From Macrostomum lignano (Eukaryota), in contig NIVC01000578.1 of NCBI GenBank assembly GCA_002269645.1, forward strand, positions 262,549 through 326,548: a DNA stretch of 64,000 bases, in the 5' to 3' direction. Positions within the stretch are counted from its first letter, which is position 1. Each line of letters begins with the position of its first letter. Under the pieces are notes generated by a model that ran no database searches, had not been told where the DNA came from, and worked only from the letters and a program-made list of their open reading frames with translations. Positions 37,725 to 49,682 of the stretch are shown piece after piece. The position numbers and the translations under genes were made by a program.

Positions 37725-39115
37725 GAAAAGAGAAGGAATAGACTATTAGAAGAGAGGAGAGGCGAGAGGGGGATAAGAGAAAACATGGAAGATAAGAGCA
37801 GAGACAAGTGGTGAGGAGAGAGCAGAGAAGAAGGGAGGAAGAAGCGAGAGGAGGGGAGAAAGGAGGGAGAGGAAAGAGTAAAGGTGAGAAGAGGGGAGAG
37901 ATGAGACAGAGGATCGATGAGAGGAGAATAAAGAAGAGTGGGAAGAAAGTAGAGATGAGAGAGCAGAAAGAAGATGACAGAGGGTCAAGAGGAGAGGAGA
38001 GAGTAGAAAGGATAGAGAAGAGAGGAGATAAGAGGGGGAGAGAGGAGTGAGAAGAGAAGAGATAGAGATAAGAGAGGGGTGTAAGAAGAGGGGAGAAAGG
38101 AGAGATGAGATTGTAGAGATGAGACAAATGAAAGGAGAGATGAAAGAGTAAAGATGAGAGATGAAAAAGGTGAGAGGAGAGTGCAGAGAGATGAGAGAAG
38201 ATAATAGAGGAGAGAGAGTATAAAAGAGGGAAGAGAAAAGAAGAGAGGAGTCAGAAGAGGTGAAAGAGAAGAGTACAGAGGAGATAAGTGATAGAATGTA
38301 TTAGAGAGTAAAGATGACAGATGAGAGAACAGAGATGAGGGTGAACAGACGAGAGATGGGAGAGTAGAGAGAACAGAGGAGAGAGAAGAGAGAAGAGATT
38401 ACAGAGACTAGAGGAGAGAGAAGAGGAAATAGGAGAATGAAGAGGGAAGAGAGTAGAGAGGAGAAGAGAGATGGGAGAGGAGAGAGAGAGAGAAAGAGAG
38501 AGAAAGAGAGCGCAGAGCAGAGAGAAACGAGAAGATATAAGAGAGAAAAGATAAAAGAAGAGAAAGGAGAGATAAAAACGCAGACAGAGAGAAGAGAGGT
38601 GAGGGAAGAGACAAGTGACGAGGGGAGAGAGAAGAGATAAAACAAGAAAAGAGATGAGAGGAAAGAGAGAGAGGAAAGAGGTGAGAGAAGAGACGAGAGA
38701 AGAGGGAAAAGAGGAGAGAGAGGAAAGAGGAGAGAGTTTAGAGACGAGAGAAAAGAATAGAGAGGAGAAGGAAGAGACGAGAGAAGAAGGGGAGAGAGGA
38801 GAAGAGAGAAAACGAAAAAGTAGAGAGGAGAGAGGAGAGGAGAGAGAAAAGAAAAGGGAAGAGATGAGATAAGAGATATGAAAGAGAAGAGAGATGAGGG
38901 AAGATACGAAAGAAGATAGGAGAGAGGAGAGGAGAGAGAAAACGAAAAGTAGAGAGGAGAGAGAGAGGAAAGAGTAGAGAGAAGAGACAAGACATAAGAG
39001 AGATGAAAGAGAAGAGAGATGAGGGAAGATATGAGAGAAGAGAGGAGAGAGGAGAGAAGAGAGAGGAGAGACGAGGGACGAGAGAGAAGAGAGGAAACAG
39101 AAGAGACAATAGAAA
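37725..39115. repeat. Long GA-rich (polypurine) degenerate tract
   Basis: Nearly all A/G on the + strand; the Leu/Ser-rich track ORFs here are artefacts. Confidence 0.9.
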
Positions 39116-39302
39116 TTTTAAAGGATCCAAGGGATGTAGGGAGAGTCAGGGAGAGGCCAGAGTTTGCCAATACATGTTTTAGAGTCAGACAGACATTGCC
39201 TGACATTCTGTGAAGTACCCCAGCCAACAATATCAATGTTTGCTTCAAATCCTAATTTTACACGAATGTGTCCATTTTATGTCTACCTCTATCCTACTAC
39301 TA

Positions 39303-40621
39303 CGAGGGCTGCTTAATAAGTTCGCGGAAAAACATACTTATAGTTATCGCACAGTCGTGAAATTTTACACACACTTAGCCCAACCTAATGGCACTTCTCA
39401 ACATAGTCCCCAGCCAGATCAACTCATTTCTTCATCCGATGAAACCACGCCGCAAAGCAGTCCCTCAATTCCGCCTTTGTGATGGCTTCCAGCTCCGCAT
39501 TCAACGCCTGTTCCAGCTCCTCACGAGTGTCGAAGCGCTTCCCCTTCAGATTTTTCTTGATCTTCGGAAAGAGAAAGAAGTCTGCAGGCGCGAGGTCGGG
39601 CGAGTAGTCCGGATGCGGCAGCAGAGTCAGCTCAGTTGATGCCAAGAACTGCTGCGTGACACTGGCTCTGTGAGCGGGCGCGTTGTCGTGGTGCAGGAAA
39701 ATGCCGTGATCTCTGGTCTTTGGCCGCTCTCGACGCAGGAATTCCAGCACCTGCGGCAGGCAGACACTGGAGTACCAGCTGCCAGTCACTGTGGCTCCCT
39801 CTTTGAGCAGAACGGGCGGCAGAATTCCGCACCGACGGAAAAACACCGCAGCCATCACTTTGCCGACGCTTCGCTCGCGACGAAATTTCAAGGGCGAATC
39901 CTCCTCAAAGGCGACCCACTGCTTGCTCTGTACTTTTGTCTCGGGATCATAAAAGTACACCCACGTTTCATCACCTGTGAGGATGCCGTCCACCAAATTT
40001 GAGGCACCTGCGTCGAACTTGTCGAGCATGAAGTTCGCAAAATCCACGCGGGCCTGCATCTGAGCCGGCTTCAGTTGATGAGGGACCCAGCGAGCTGACA
40101 CCTTCCTCATGCCGAGGTGATCGTGCAAGATAGTAATGACGCTTGAATCCGAAATCCCGACATGTTTTTCGATTTTCCGAATCGTCACTCGGCGGTCTGC
40201 ATTGAGCAGCTTTTGGACACTGGCCACAGTTGTGTCCGAGATGGACGAATTTGGACGGCCTTCACGTTCATCATCGTCCAGCTCCAGACAGCCGGAGCGG
40301 AATCGACCGAACCACTTGTACACCATCGTCTGGGATGGGGCTTCACTCTCAAGGGCCTTTTGAAGCGTCTGCAAGCATTTGGAGGCAGACAGGCCAAGCC
40401 GGAATTGGACCAGAATTGCGACTCGCCTGTCGCACTCAGTCAGGCGCAGCACTGGAGCGGGGGTTTCATCACTTCTTCGGCCACTGCGTCGCAACATTTT
40501 GGCCAAACTGGCTGAAAATTTGTGTAAAAGGTGCCAATATCTGAAGGAATAAGTTCATAAAATTTCGTTTGATTCGCTTGAAGATAAGTTTGGTTTTCCG
40601 CGAACTTATTAAGCAGCCCTG
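39303..40621 (-). mobile_element. Full-length mariner element, about 1.32 kb
   Basis: TIR CGAGGGCTGCTTAATAAGTTCGCGGAAAA; the right copy lacks one C; TA at 39301-39302 and 40622-40623. Confidence 0.95.
39424..40506 (-). CDS. Mariner (Mos1/Hsmar-like) DD34D transposase, truncated by a late nonsense codon
   Basis: HTH region, WVPHQL, GDETW, HDNAPAH, YSPDLAPADFFLF; the frame continues after TGA as VDLAGDYVEKCH* to 39385. Confidence 0.95.
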   Translation of the reverse strand: MAKMLRRSGRRSDETPAPVLRLTECDRRVAILVQFRLGLSASKCLQTLQKALESEAPSQTMVYKWFGRFRSGCLELDDDEREGRPNSSISDTTVASVQKLLNADRRVTIRKIEKHVGISDSSVITILHDHLGMRKVSARWVPHQLKPAQMQARVDFANFMLDKFDAGASNLVDGILTGDETWVYFYDPETKVQSKQWVAFEEDSPLKFRRERSVGKVMAAVFFRRCGILPPVLLKEGATVTGSWYSSVCLPQVLEFLRRERPKTRDHGIFLHHDNAPAHRASVTQQFLASTELTLLPHPDYSPDLAPADFFLFPKIKKNLKGKRFDTREELEQALNAELEAITKAELRDCFAAWFHRMKK

Positions 40622-42737
40622 TATTAACAAGTTTTTGTTTGTGTATGACCTTAGATTTCAGAATACATGCAAAAGTAGTTCCGGGGATTGGAATTCCCTG
40701 GGTTCAAAATCCGCGGGTTTCAACAGCTTGTGTTTTATATTTTAGACCTCTAAAAATAAAATTAAAAAAGGAATCAAATTAAAGTAAAAAAAACTTAAAT
40801 TGATTCTATACTTATAGGATAGGCCTAAAGCATAAGAAGGCCTATAAGCATAAAACAAATAAATGTTATTTCCATTATTTAATATTTGAAACAAAACATC
40901 ATTCATTGATCCATTTGAAATTTAATAAGGTTTGTCAGGAAATAGGCCTAAACTCTAGATTTTTTATACATACCAACTACTATCAATACAAAATTACACA
41001 GCAAAAATTCTTAAATGTATCTCTGTAGTAGTTTCAATTTCTGATAGTTTATATCTTATAAAGGAACATAAGGAAAGGAATAAGGAATAAGAAATAAAGG
41101 AATATAAAGGAACAATATTACACATACACCTACCTTGAATGCAAACGATAACAATCATTAGCAAAGAAAGAGCTACAATAGAGCACTTCATCTTTTAATA
41201 TATTTATTAAAAGTTTAGAGGCAACAAAAAGTTGCAAATTTAATTATTTGCTTTACAATGAAGAAGGCAAAGACAAAATATACTAATTTTGGGTGGGTAG
41301 ATAGATTATAAACGAATGTATTGGTTTCCCGACAGACATTCAGACAGACATTCAGAAATCGTTCATTAAATGTTTAACAAAATTGTCTATTTATTACGCA
41401 AGATACTGTGAATTTATAGAAACTTTTACGCATGTCTCTGCTTTAAAAAGACACCTCAGACACACACAAAGACGCTTCACAAGCTGAGATATTCCCTAGC
41501 AACTGTTGTTACGACGTTTCCCAATATACTGAATACTGTATATAGTAGTTTTTTGAGAAGCTGCTACATCGTCCCACTTTGATCTTTCTGCATGAAATTT
41601 GCACAGCTGTTTTACGCATGTCTCTGCTTTAAAAAGACACCTCAGACACACACAAAGACGCTTCACAAGCTGAGATATTCCCTAGCAACTGTTGTTACGA
41701 CGTTTCCCAATATACCGAATACTGTATATAGTAGTTTTTTGAGAAGCCGCTACATCGTCCCACTTTGATCTTTCTGCATGAAATTTGCACAGCTGTTTTA
41801 CGCATGTCTCTGCTTTAAAAAGACACCTCAGACACACACAAAGACGCTTCACAAGCTGAGATATTCCCTAGCAACTGTTGTTACGACGTTTCCCAATATA
41901 CTGAATACTGTATATAGTAGTTTTTTGAGAAGCTGCTACATCGTCCCACTTTGATCTTTCTGCATGAAATTTGCACAGCTGTTTTACGCATGTCTCTGCT
42001 TTAAAAAGACACCTCAGACACACACAAAGACGCTTCACAAGCTGAGATATTCCCTAGCAACTGTTGTTACGACGTTTCCCAATATACCGAATACTGTATA
42101 TAGTAGTTTTTTGAGAAGCCGCTACATCGTCCCACTTTGATCTTTCTGCATGAAATTTGCACAGCTGTTTTACGCATGTCTCTGCTTTAAAAAGACACCT
42201 CAGACACACACAAAGACGCTTCACAAGCTGAGATATTCCCTAGCAACTGTTGTTACGACGTTTCCCAATCTACCGAATACTGTATATAGTAGTTTTTTGA
42301 GAAGCTGCTACATCGTCCCACTTTGATCTTTCTGCATGAAATTTGCACAGCTGTTTTACGCATGTCTCTGCTTTAAAAAGACACCTCAGACACACACAAA
42401 GACGCTTCACAAGCTGAGATATTCCCTAGCAACTGTTGTTACGACGTTTCCCAATATACCGAATACTGTATATAGTAGTTTTTTGAGAAGTCGCTACATC
42501 GTCCCACTTTGGTCTTTCTGCATGAAATTAGTGCACAGTGCACATTAGTAAAATCGAACAGAATTAATGTTATCGACTCAGGATGGGGTAATCCCGTCAG
42601 CAACTGAGAATCAAACTACAGAAAATAAGCATCAAAACATTTCGTGCAACGAAACATAAAACACCCCATAAATATCACGTCCGACTTGATCCGCGATAAC
42701 TGCATTGTCCCTTTCTTTATTCAACACAGTCAGCATT

Positions 42738-45071
42738 TTATGCATCAAGTCTGGCGCAATCGGAGCAAACATTTGCCGTGCTTTTCCAGCTGTTCCAACA
42801 GATTTTGTGGTACCAAAAGAGGCAGGAGGGGCATTCAATCTAAAATGATGCAGAAAAGGTCTTGCAAGCTGGTTGAATCCCTTACTGTTGTACATGTACA
42901 TGTAAAATGCATGGGTATTTTACATCGCATTAATTTACCCATTCGATTCGCTTTCTTCGGCCAGCGGGCTCCTCCAAGCCACAGAACCTGCAAATGGGTT
43001 GCTCAGTTTCTTCCATGAAATTAATCGCAGTATTTTTAATGTGCTGGCGAGCGGCGCTCAATTTCTGCGCAGTGAACGCAGACAACACAGTGCACTTATC
43101 AAGAAACAAATTGCGGCCAAATAAGCAGGTCAGAACGCCACATGAAAACGTATCTTTTTGCTGGGTGCACATTCTTACTACACTTCTAAACTTTCTACCC
43201 CTAAGGTGCTCCATCTGCTCAGGGAGAAACGTAGAAGCAGCTGAAGAAGCAAGGAGCTCACTAAAATTAGAAAATGGCACGTAAGTTCAGTTAATATGCC
43301 TTGCAAATTCCAAAGCCCCCCTTCTCGTGTACATTTTACCTACTTCAATGTGGCAGTATAGTTCAATGCCAGTTGCTTTCTTCTGTCACTCCGACGTATG
43401 GAGTCCAGATAGTGCACTGTGAGATCGTCGAAGAACACAGCCAAAAGCCAAAAATGGCTTTGCGTAAGCATCGGGACCAGAATTTTCTTCACTGTCTAAA
43501 ATTTTTTATAATTAATTCTTCAGAATTATAGAATTGTTGCAGGATTGTTCCACCTCTGCATGTGGATATCAACTATACTCGTAGCAATGGTCGATGGTGA
43601 AACCAGCATCAGATTAAAAGTTAAAATTTCACATTATGCTTACCGCTCGACCAAGGAAATAGTTCCGAAGAGATTCAATGTGCTGAGAGCCTTTGCTACC
43701 ACCGTCTAGCAAGGAAAGAAAATCGCTCTGCTGCATAGCAACTCCATCTGCTCCGCTAGCAATTGCAGCCAAGTAGCCGTACACAACCTGATAATATTTT
43801 TAATACCTTCTACACATTAAATTACGTACATAGCGTAATGCTATGACGCAAAGCACTTCCTACAAATTTCTTACCGCATAGTCCAGCCAGTTCGTACCAT
43901 TGAGTGATGCTAATTGCTCTTCTGAAATTGGCGTTCCTCTTACATCTCGTAGAGCCGAAATTTTTGAGCTGGGCGGTTGCTGAGAGTCGCGTGGCAGTTG
44001 CTGAGAGTCGCATGGCGGTTGCTGAGAGTCGCGTGGCGGTTGCTGAGAGTCGCGTGGCGGTTGCTGAGAGTCGCGTGGCGGTTGCTGAGAGTCGCGTGGC
44101 GGTTGCTGAGACTCGCGTGGCGGTTGCTGAGAGTCGCGTGGCGGTTGCTGAGAGTCGCGTGGCGGTTGCTGAGAGTCGCGTGGCGGTTGCTGAGAGTCGC
44201 GTGGCGGTTGCTGAGAGTCGCGTGGCGGTTGCTGAGAGTCGAGTGGCGATTTTGGAAACTCACAGGGGGGAGGCTGTGACTTTGTTCGTGGTGTCTGCCT
44301 ACTGTTTGAGTATCTGCATCGTTTTTTGCCCCAGCTTTCTTCAGCCCCATCAGCTGTCTCCGCCGCGGCCTTCCTTTTTCGTTGGCAAAATCGTGGTGGA
44401 GCAACTTGCCGAAGTAATTTCGCCTCCTTTATCCTTTCATGACAGAAACTTGCGGTTAATTTCGAGAACTCTGCGACAGAGACGGGTAGCTGAAATTTGG
44501 ATTTTATTCTCTTAAACCAGCTCTCAATGTGAGCATTTGAAAAAGGAGACTTCACGCGGCTTTCCAAGAATTCATGGTTCCAGACGCAGGCAGCCCATAA
44601 GGGAAAGTAGGAGAGGTATCGGATGACAAACATTTCGACTATTTCCGGTGAATGCAATTCGTTATCGATAGCAACTTCCTCCACTTCCACAGTGCTATTA
44701 GCGATTGATGTCCTCCATGCATTAAAGTACTCATAAAAGGGCGATCGTTTGTATAATGAACTATTCGTTTCGTCCTCATTAGTACTGTCATTGTCTTCGT
44801 GATCTCCTTCCTCTGACTGTCCGTCTGAGTTGGTCCCTTGCTCATCATCTTTGCTGTTATAGGGTTTGGACATTATACGCTGGCATACTTTCGCAGACTT
44901 TGTCAAAAAAATGTTCATTGCATCCCGAATTGTTGACTTAACTTCTTCTACAACCTTAATAGTCATAACTCTGTAGAAGTATCTCAAAAAAGTGTCCCTG
45001 ATTCGCTTTGAATACTTCTTCTGCTTTAGATACCGGCTTACTGAATGCATTAGATGATTTGTACAGAGCAT
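42738..45071 (-). CDS. 5'-truncated MULE-type transposase fused to a Ulp1 (C48 SUMO-protease-like) domain and a PHD finger; 5 exons, about 638 aa remaining
   Basis: Exons 45071-43875, 43787-43644, 43495-43344, 43260-42939, 42839-42738; all GT-AG with matching phases (0,0,2,0). CxxH (LCTNHL) and SNAHIESWFKRIK; NWLDYAVVYGYL, KILVPMLTQSHFWLLAV, YLDS, QQKDTFSCGV; PHD CRFC...WIECPSC..WYHKIC...CSDC. In-frame TGA immediately before the ATG at 45071. Confidence 0.85.
43970..44245 (-). repeat. 21-bp coding minisatellite encoding (PPRDSQQ)n between the transposase and Ulp1 domains
   Basis: About 13 in-frame units. Confidence 0.93.
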
Positions 45072-45499
45072 TCAGGCAACCGTTGCTAGGGAATATCTCA
45101 GCTTGTGAAGCGTCTTTGTGTGTGTCTGAGGTGTCTTTTTAAAGCAGAGACATGCGTAAAACAGCTGTGCACTAATTTCATGCAGAAAGATCAAAGTGGG
45201 ACGATGTAGCGGCTTCTCAAAAAACTACTATATACAGTATTCGGTATATTGGGAAACGTCGTAACAACAGTTGCTAGGGAATATCTCAGCTTGTGAAGCG
45301 TATTTGTGTGTGTCTGAGGTGTCTTTTTAAAGCAGAGACATGCGTAAAACAGCTGTGCAAATTTCATGCAGAAAGATCAAAGTGGGACGATGTAGCGGCT
45401 TCTCAAAAAACTACTATATACAGTATTCGGTATATTGGGAAACGTCGTAACAACAGTTGCTAGGGAATATCTCAGCTTGTGAAGCGTCTTTGTGTGTGT

Positions 45500-47685
45500 C
45501 TGAGGTGTCTTTTTAAAGCAGAGACATGCGTAAAACAGCTGTGCAAATTTCATGCAGAAAGATCAAAGTGGGACGATGTAGCGGCTTCTCAAAAAACTAC
45601 TATATACAGTATTCGGTATATTGGGAAACGTCGTAACAACAGTTGCTAGGGAATATCTCAGCTTGTGAAGCGTCTTTGTGTGTGTCTGAGGTGTCTTTTT
45701 AAAGCAGAGACATGCGTAAAACAGCTGTGCAAATTTCATGCAGAAAGATCAAAGTGGGACGATGTAGCGGCTTCTCAAAAAACTACTATATACAGTATTC
45801 GGTATATTGGGAAACGTCGTAACAACAGTTGCTAGGGAATATCTCAGCTTGTGAAGCGTCTTTGTGTGTGTCTGAGGTGTCTTTTTAAAGCAGAGACATG
45901 CGTAAAACAGCTGTGCAAATTTCATGCAGAAAGATCAAAGTGGGACGATGTAGCAGCTTCTCAAAAAACTACTATATACAGTATTCGGTATATTGGGAAA
46001 CGTCGTAACAACAGTTGCTAGGGAATATTTCAGCTTGTGAAGCGTCTTTGTGTGTGTCTGAGGTGTCTTTTTAAAGCAGAGACATGCGTAAAAGTTTCTA
46101 TAAATTCACAGTATCTTGCGTAATAAATAGACAATTTTGTTAAACATTTAATGAACGATTTCTGAATGTCTGTCTGAATGTCTGTCGGGAAACCAATATA
46201 AACGAATATGATCATGCAATTTTGACTGTGATAATAGATTTTTATCATTTGAATTTTTTTTTGTTTTAAACAATTTTTTTTACTTTGATTATAAAAAACG
46301 CATCTAAAATTGTGTATTTTTGGTCAATAAGTTTAATAAAAGTAAATAACACTAACTAGCAGTTAATAAAGTAAAGTTTTTTATAACATTAAGCACGAAC
46401 ACTTTTAACTTAAATTAGGGCTTTCATTTTTCGACCTAAAAAACGGTATCCACGCGTTTCGGTGCCTGTGCTTTTCCATGCCCGTCATTTCGGTGCACCA
46501 GCTTGCTTTTCGGTGCCTAAATTATACATTAGAATTGGACACAAAATATAGAGATTGAGCTCTAATTTAGCAGTAAGTGCTTTGTCTTTGCGTCTTTGTG
46601 TCTTTTTAAAGCAGAGACATGCGTAAAACAGCTGTGCAAATTTCATGCAGAAAGATCAAAGTGGGACGATGTAGCGGCTTCTCAAAAAACTACTATATAC
46701 AGTATTCGGTATATTGGGAAACGTCGTAACAACAGTTGCTAGGGAATATCTCAGCTTGTGAAGCGTCTTTGTGTGTGTCTGAGGTGTCTTTTTAAAGCAG
46801 AGACATGCGTAAAACAGCTGTGCAAATTTCATGCAGAAAGATCAAAGTGGGACGATGTAGCAGCTTCTCAAAAAACTACTATATACAGTATTCAGTATAT
46901 TGGGAAACGTCGTAACAACAGTTGCTAGGGAATATCTCAGCTTGTGAAGCGTCTTTGTGTGTGTCTGAGGTGTCTTTTTAAAGCAGAGACATGCGTAAAA
47001 CAGCTGTGCAAATTTCATGCAGAAAGATCAAAGTGGGACGATGTAGCAGCTTCTCAAAAAACTACTATATACAGTATTCGGTATATTGGGAAACGTCGTA
47101 ACAACAGTTGCTAGGGAATATTTCAGCTTGTGAAGCGTCTTTGTGTGTGTCTGAGGTGTCTTTTTAAAGCAGAGACATGCGTAAAAGTTTCTATAAATTC
47201 ACAGTATCTTGCGTAATAAATAGACAATTTTGTTAAACATTTAATGAACGATTTCTGAATGTCTGTCTGAATGTCTGTCGGGAAGCCAATATAAACGAAT
47301 ATGATCATGCAATTTTGACTGTGATAATAGATTTTTATCATTTGAATTTTTTTTTGTTTTAAACAATTTTTTTTACTTTGATTATAAAAAACGCATCTAA
47401 AATTGTGTATTTTTGGTCAATAAGTTTAATAAAAGTAAATAACACTAACTAGCAGTTAATAAAGTAAAGTTTTTTATAACATTAAGCACGAACACTTTTA
47501 ACTTAAATTAGGGCTTTCATTTTTCGACCTAAAAAACGGTATCCACGCGTTTCGGTGCCTGTGCTTTTCCATGCCCGTCATTTCGGTGCACCAGCTTGCT
47601 TTTCGGTGCCTAAATTATACATTAGAATTGGACACAAAATATAGAGATTGAGCTCTAATTTAGCAGTAAGTGCTTTGTCTTTGCG
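45500..47685. repeat. 1093-bp tandem duplication of the MULE right end plus flank (copy 2 = 46593-47685)
   Basis: Constant 1093 offset (track ORFs 46030/47123; MITE end 46445/47538); junction GCG|TCTTTG; a few substitutions between the copies. Confidence 0.92.
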
Positions 47686-48405
47686 GTACTTATTTACTTA
47701 AAAAAATAAAGTATTATTCATTTAGTTAAGCTGACCTGCTGTTTTAATGAATTCAAAAAATGGTTTTCGACTAGGCCTGTACTCGATTCGATTTACTTCC
47801 ATGTCGCTATAGCCGCGCGTCTCAGCCGTATCAAAATTTTAAACTAATGCCCCAAATGCGCTTGTAATAAAATCTTATATAGATTATGGTCCAATAGTAA
47901 TGCCCAAAAAGATTTCAGTTGATTAAATAATACTCGCTTCATTTCCTAGGCAGTTTTATGAAATAAAACATGATCGGGTGATTCAAAAAATCAATACTAA
48001 CTAAAATACATGTAGACAGTAGACTTGTCACATTTCATAATTTCGATCAAAACTAGGCCTACATGTAGCATTGTTGATGGATTTTATCTTAACTAACTAA
48101 GTCTTCATAGCACTAGCATGCTTGCTCAGTGCAGCCAGCTTATATTGTATATACAGGATACAGCAACTGTATGCAATTAAATTGAACAGATTTTTCCAAT
48201 TTAAAGAAACGTGCCAGTTTAACAAAATTAATGCTGCTTTTATTAAAAATATCGAACATTTTGTAAAGTATTTATTATATTTGTGATAGGATTTCTTTTT
48301 TATTATTATCATTTTGGCGTAATATAAACTGAGGCACCGAAAGGCAATCTGGGGCACCGAAATGCCGGGCACCGAAAAGCACGGGCACCGAAATGCATGG
48401 AAACC
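47538..48405. mobile_element. MITE-like element (868 bp) with imperfect about 75-bp TIRs made of TTTCGGTGCC motifs
   Basis: Left GGTATCCACGCGTTTCGGTGCC...; right ...GGCACCGAAATGCATGGAAACC; AAAAAAC on both flanks (47531-47537 and 48406-48412); an orphan left end is duplicated at 46445. Confidence 0.75.
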
Positions 48406-48892
48406 AAAAAACAGCCTGTTTCACTGATGTTAAGAATGGTATGATGTGAACGAGCCTTTAATCCTAACTTCAACATGACTGCTTGAATCACTCTGTTATT
48501 TAATGAATCATGAACGAGTCAGATATACTAAGAATTAGCAAATAAAATACATAAACTAGAATAAAGTTGAAACTTTTCACAAGGGGGCCTAGTGCCTTAA
48601 TGCCAATTGCTAAAAAAACTCACATATTAGTCCTACTACTAACAATAGTAAAAAAAATTAATATTATGTCTATGTATTTTTGATTCAGTCATTGAAAAAC
48701 CTAAAAAAATAGTATTAGGTTTTTATAGAATAGTTCTTAAATGCAAAAATAATTGCAATAATCAAAGTTTTCACTTTTTAAACTTTCCTTGTCCTCCTTA
48801 ATGTTATCAATGATCTACACTCAGAAAGTTTATTGGAATTTTCAATATACCATTTGACATTTTAGCCATTTGTGTATTCTAGTACTCATGCT

Positions 48893-49053
48893 CATTGGCG
48901 TAGAGAGGGGGATAGGGGATATACCCCCCAAAGAGCCTGACCAAAACCTATTTGTTGCCCTTTGTTGCTATATATGCTACCATATGACTCTGTCATAGCA
49001 TTTTTACTTTGGTATGTATATCCCCCTGTAGGAAACTCCTGGCTATGCTCTTG
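48893..49053. mobile_element. Degenerate hAT-like MITE
   Basis: CATTGGCGTAG...GGGGATATAC and GTATATCCCCC...CTGGCTATGCTCTTG form a decayed inverted pair; no clear TSD. Confidence 0.35.
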
Positions 49054-49682
49054 CCAGAGCTACAGGGTTTGTCTTCAAGAAAAATCCAAATTCAATTTCA
49101 AGCTATAACACAGTTTTGAATTATGTGACATACTTATGGACAAACACAAACCTTAGAAGGATTGGATGTTTCTAGCCCAAACAGTGCTTGTTTTTCTATC
49201 TAAATTTATTTTGCTGTTGATATCTAATTTAGTTTATTTGTTGAGTTTTAACTGGCTCTTATTTATAGTAGTTTTTTGCTTATCAATTAAAGCAAAGATA
49301 ATGTGTGTAGAATATATAAATTATACAAAATATTTCTAAAATTTATACAGTATATTGTATAATAAAATGGCCAAGCTTCGAAATCATACATTTCTAAAAA
49401 AAGTTGTATATTAAAAATGAAGCCTAATTCTAATATGTTATTATTGGGACTAAGCATTTGTAACTAGTGCTTAAAATTTTGAAATTTGATTTTTAAAAAT
49501 GGTTTAGATAATGCATCAAGACCTTTGTAATTTCTACTAGTTTTTTCTTGACTAAGTTATATCTAACTATAATTTAAGTTGTTTCAATTGGTGATTGCAT
49601 TTAAAGATTTGTGTTTGATACTTTTAATATTTAGTAAGTAAGTATTATAAAGGCAGTGATTATTTAGCTAGTACTAGTCAAA

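Larger units (their letters stand above)
41318..46198 (-). mobile_element. Mutator (MULE)/Foldback-like DNA transposon with about 1.1-1.2 kb TIRs containing 186-bp tandem arrays
   Basis: Termini GTATTGGTTTCCCGACAGAC... and ...GTCTGTCGGGAAACCAATA; TSD (A)TAAACGAAT at 41308/41309-41317 and 46198/46199-46207; arrays in opposite orientation at about 41425-42540 and 45075-46092. Confidence 0.88.

Noticed and set aside
37663-39248. Leu/Ser-rich membrane-like and Arg/Glu-rich ORFs
   Set aside because: Products of a GA/CT low-complexity tract.
41425-42540. Possible CRISPR-like array (also considered for the 115-, 54- and 30-bp arrays)
   Set aside because: Whole units are repeated with no unique spacers; eukaryotic context; no cas genes.
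46030-46248. C2H2-like peptide YCEF...FTHVSALKRHLRH read through the MULE TIR
   Set aside because: Only one Cys, stops in frame within each unit, and no splice model; likely chance, although a decayed zinc-finger origin of the unit cannot be excluded.
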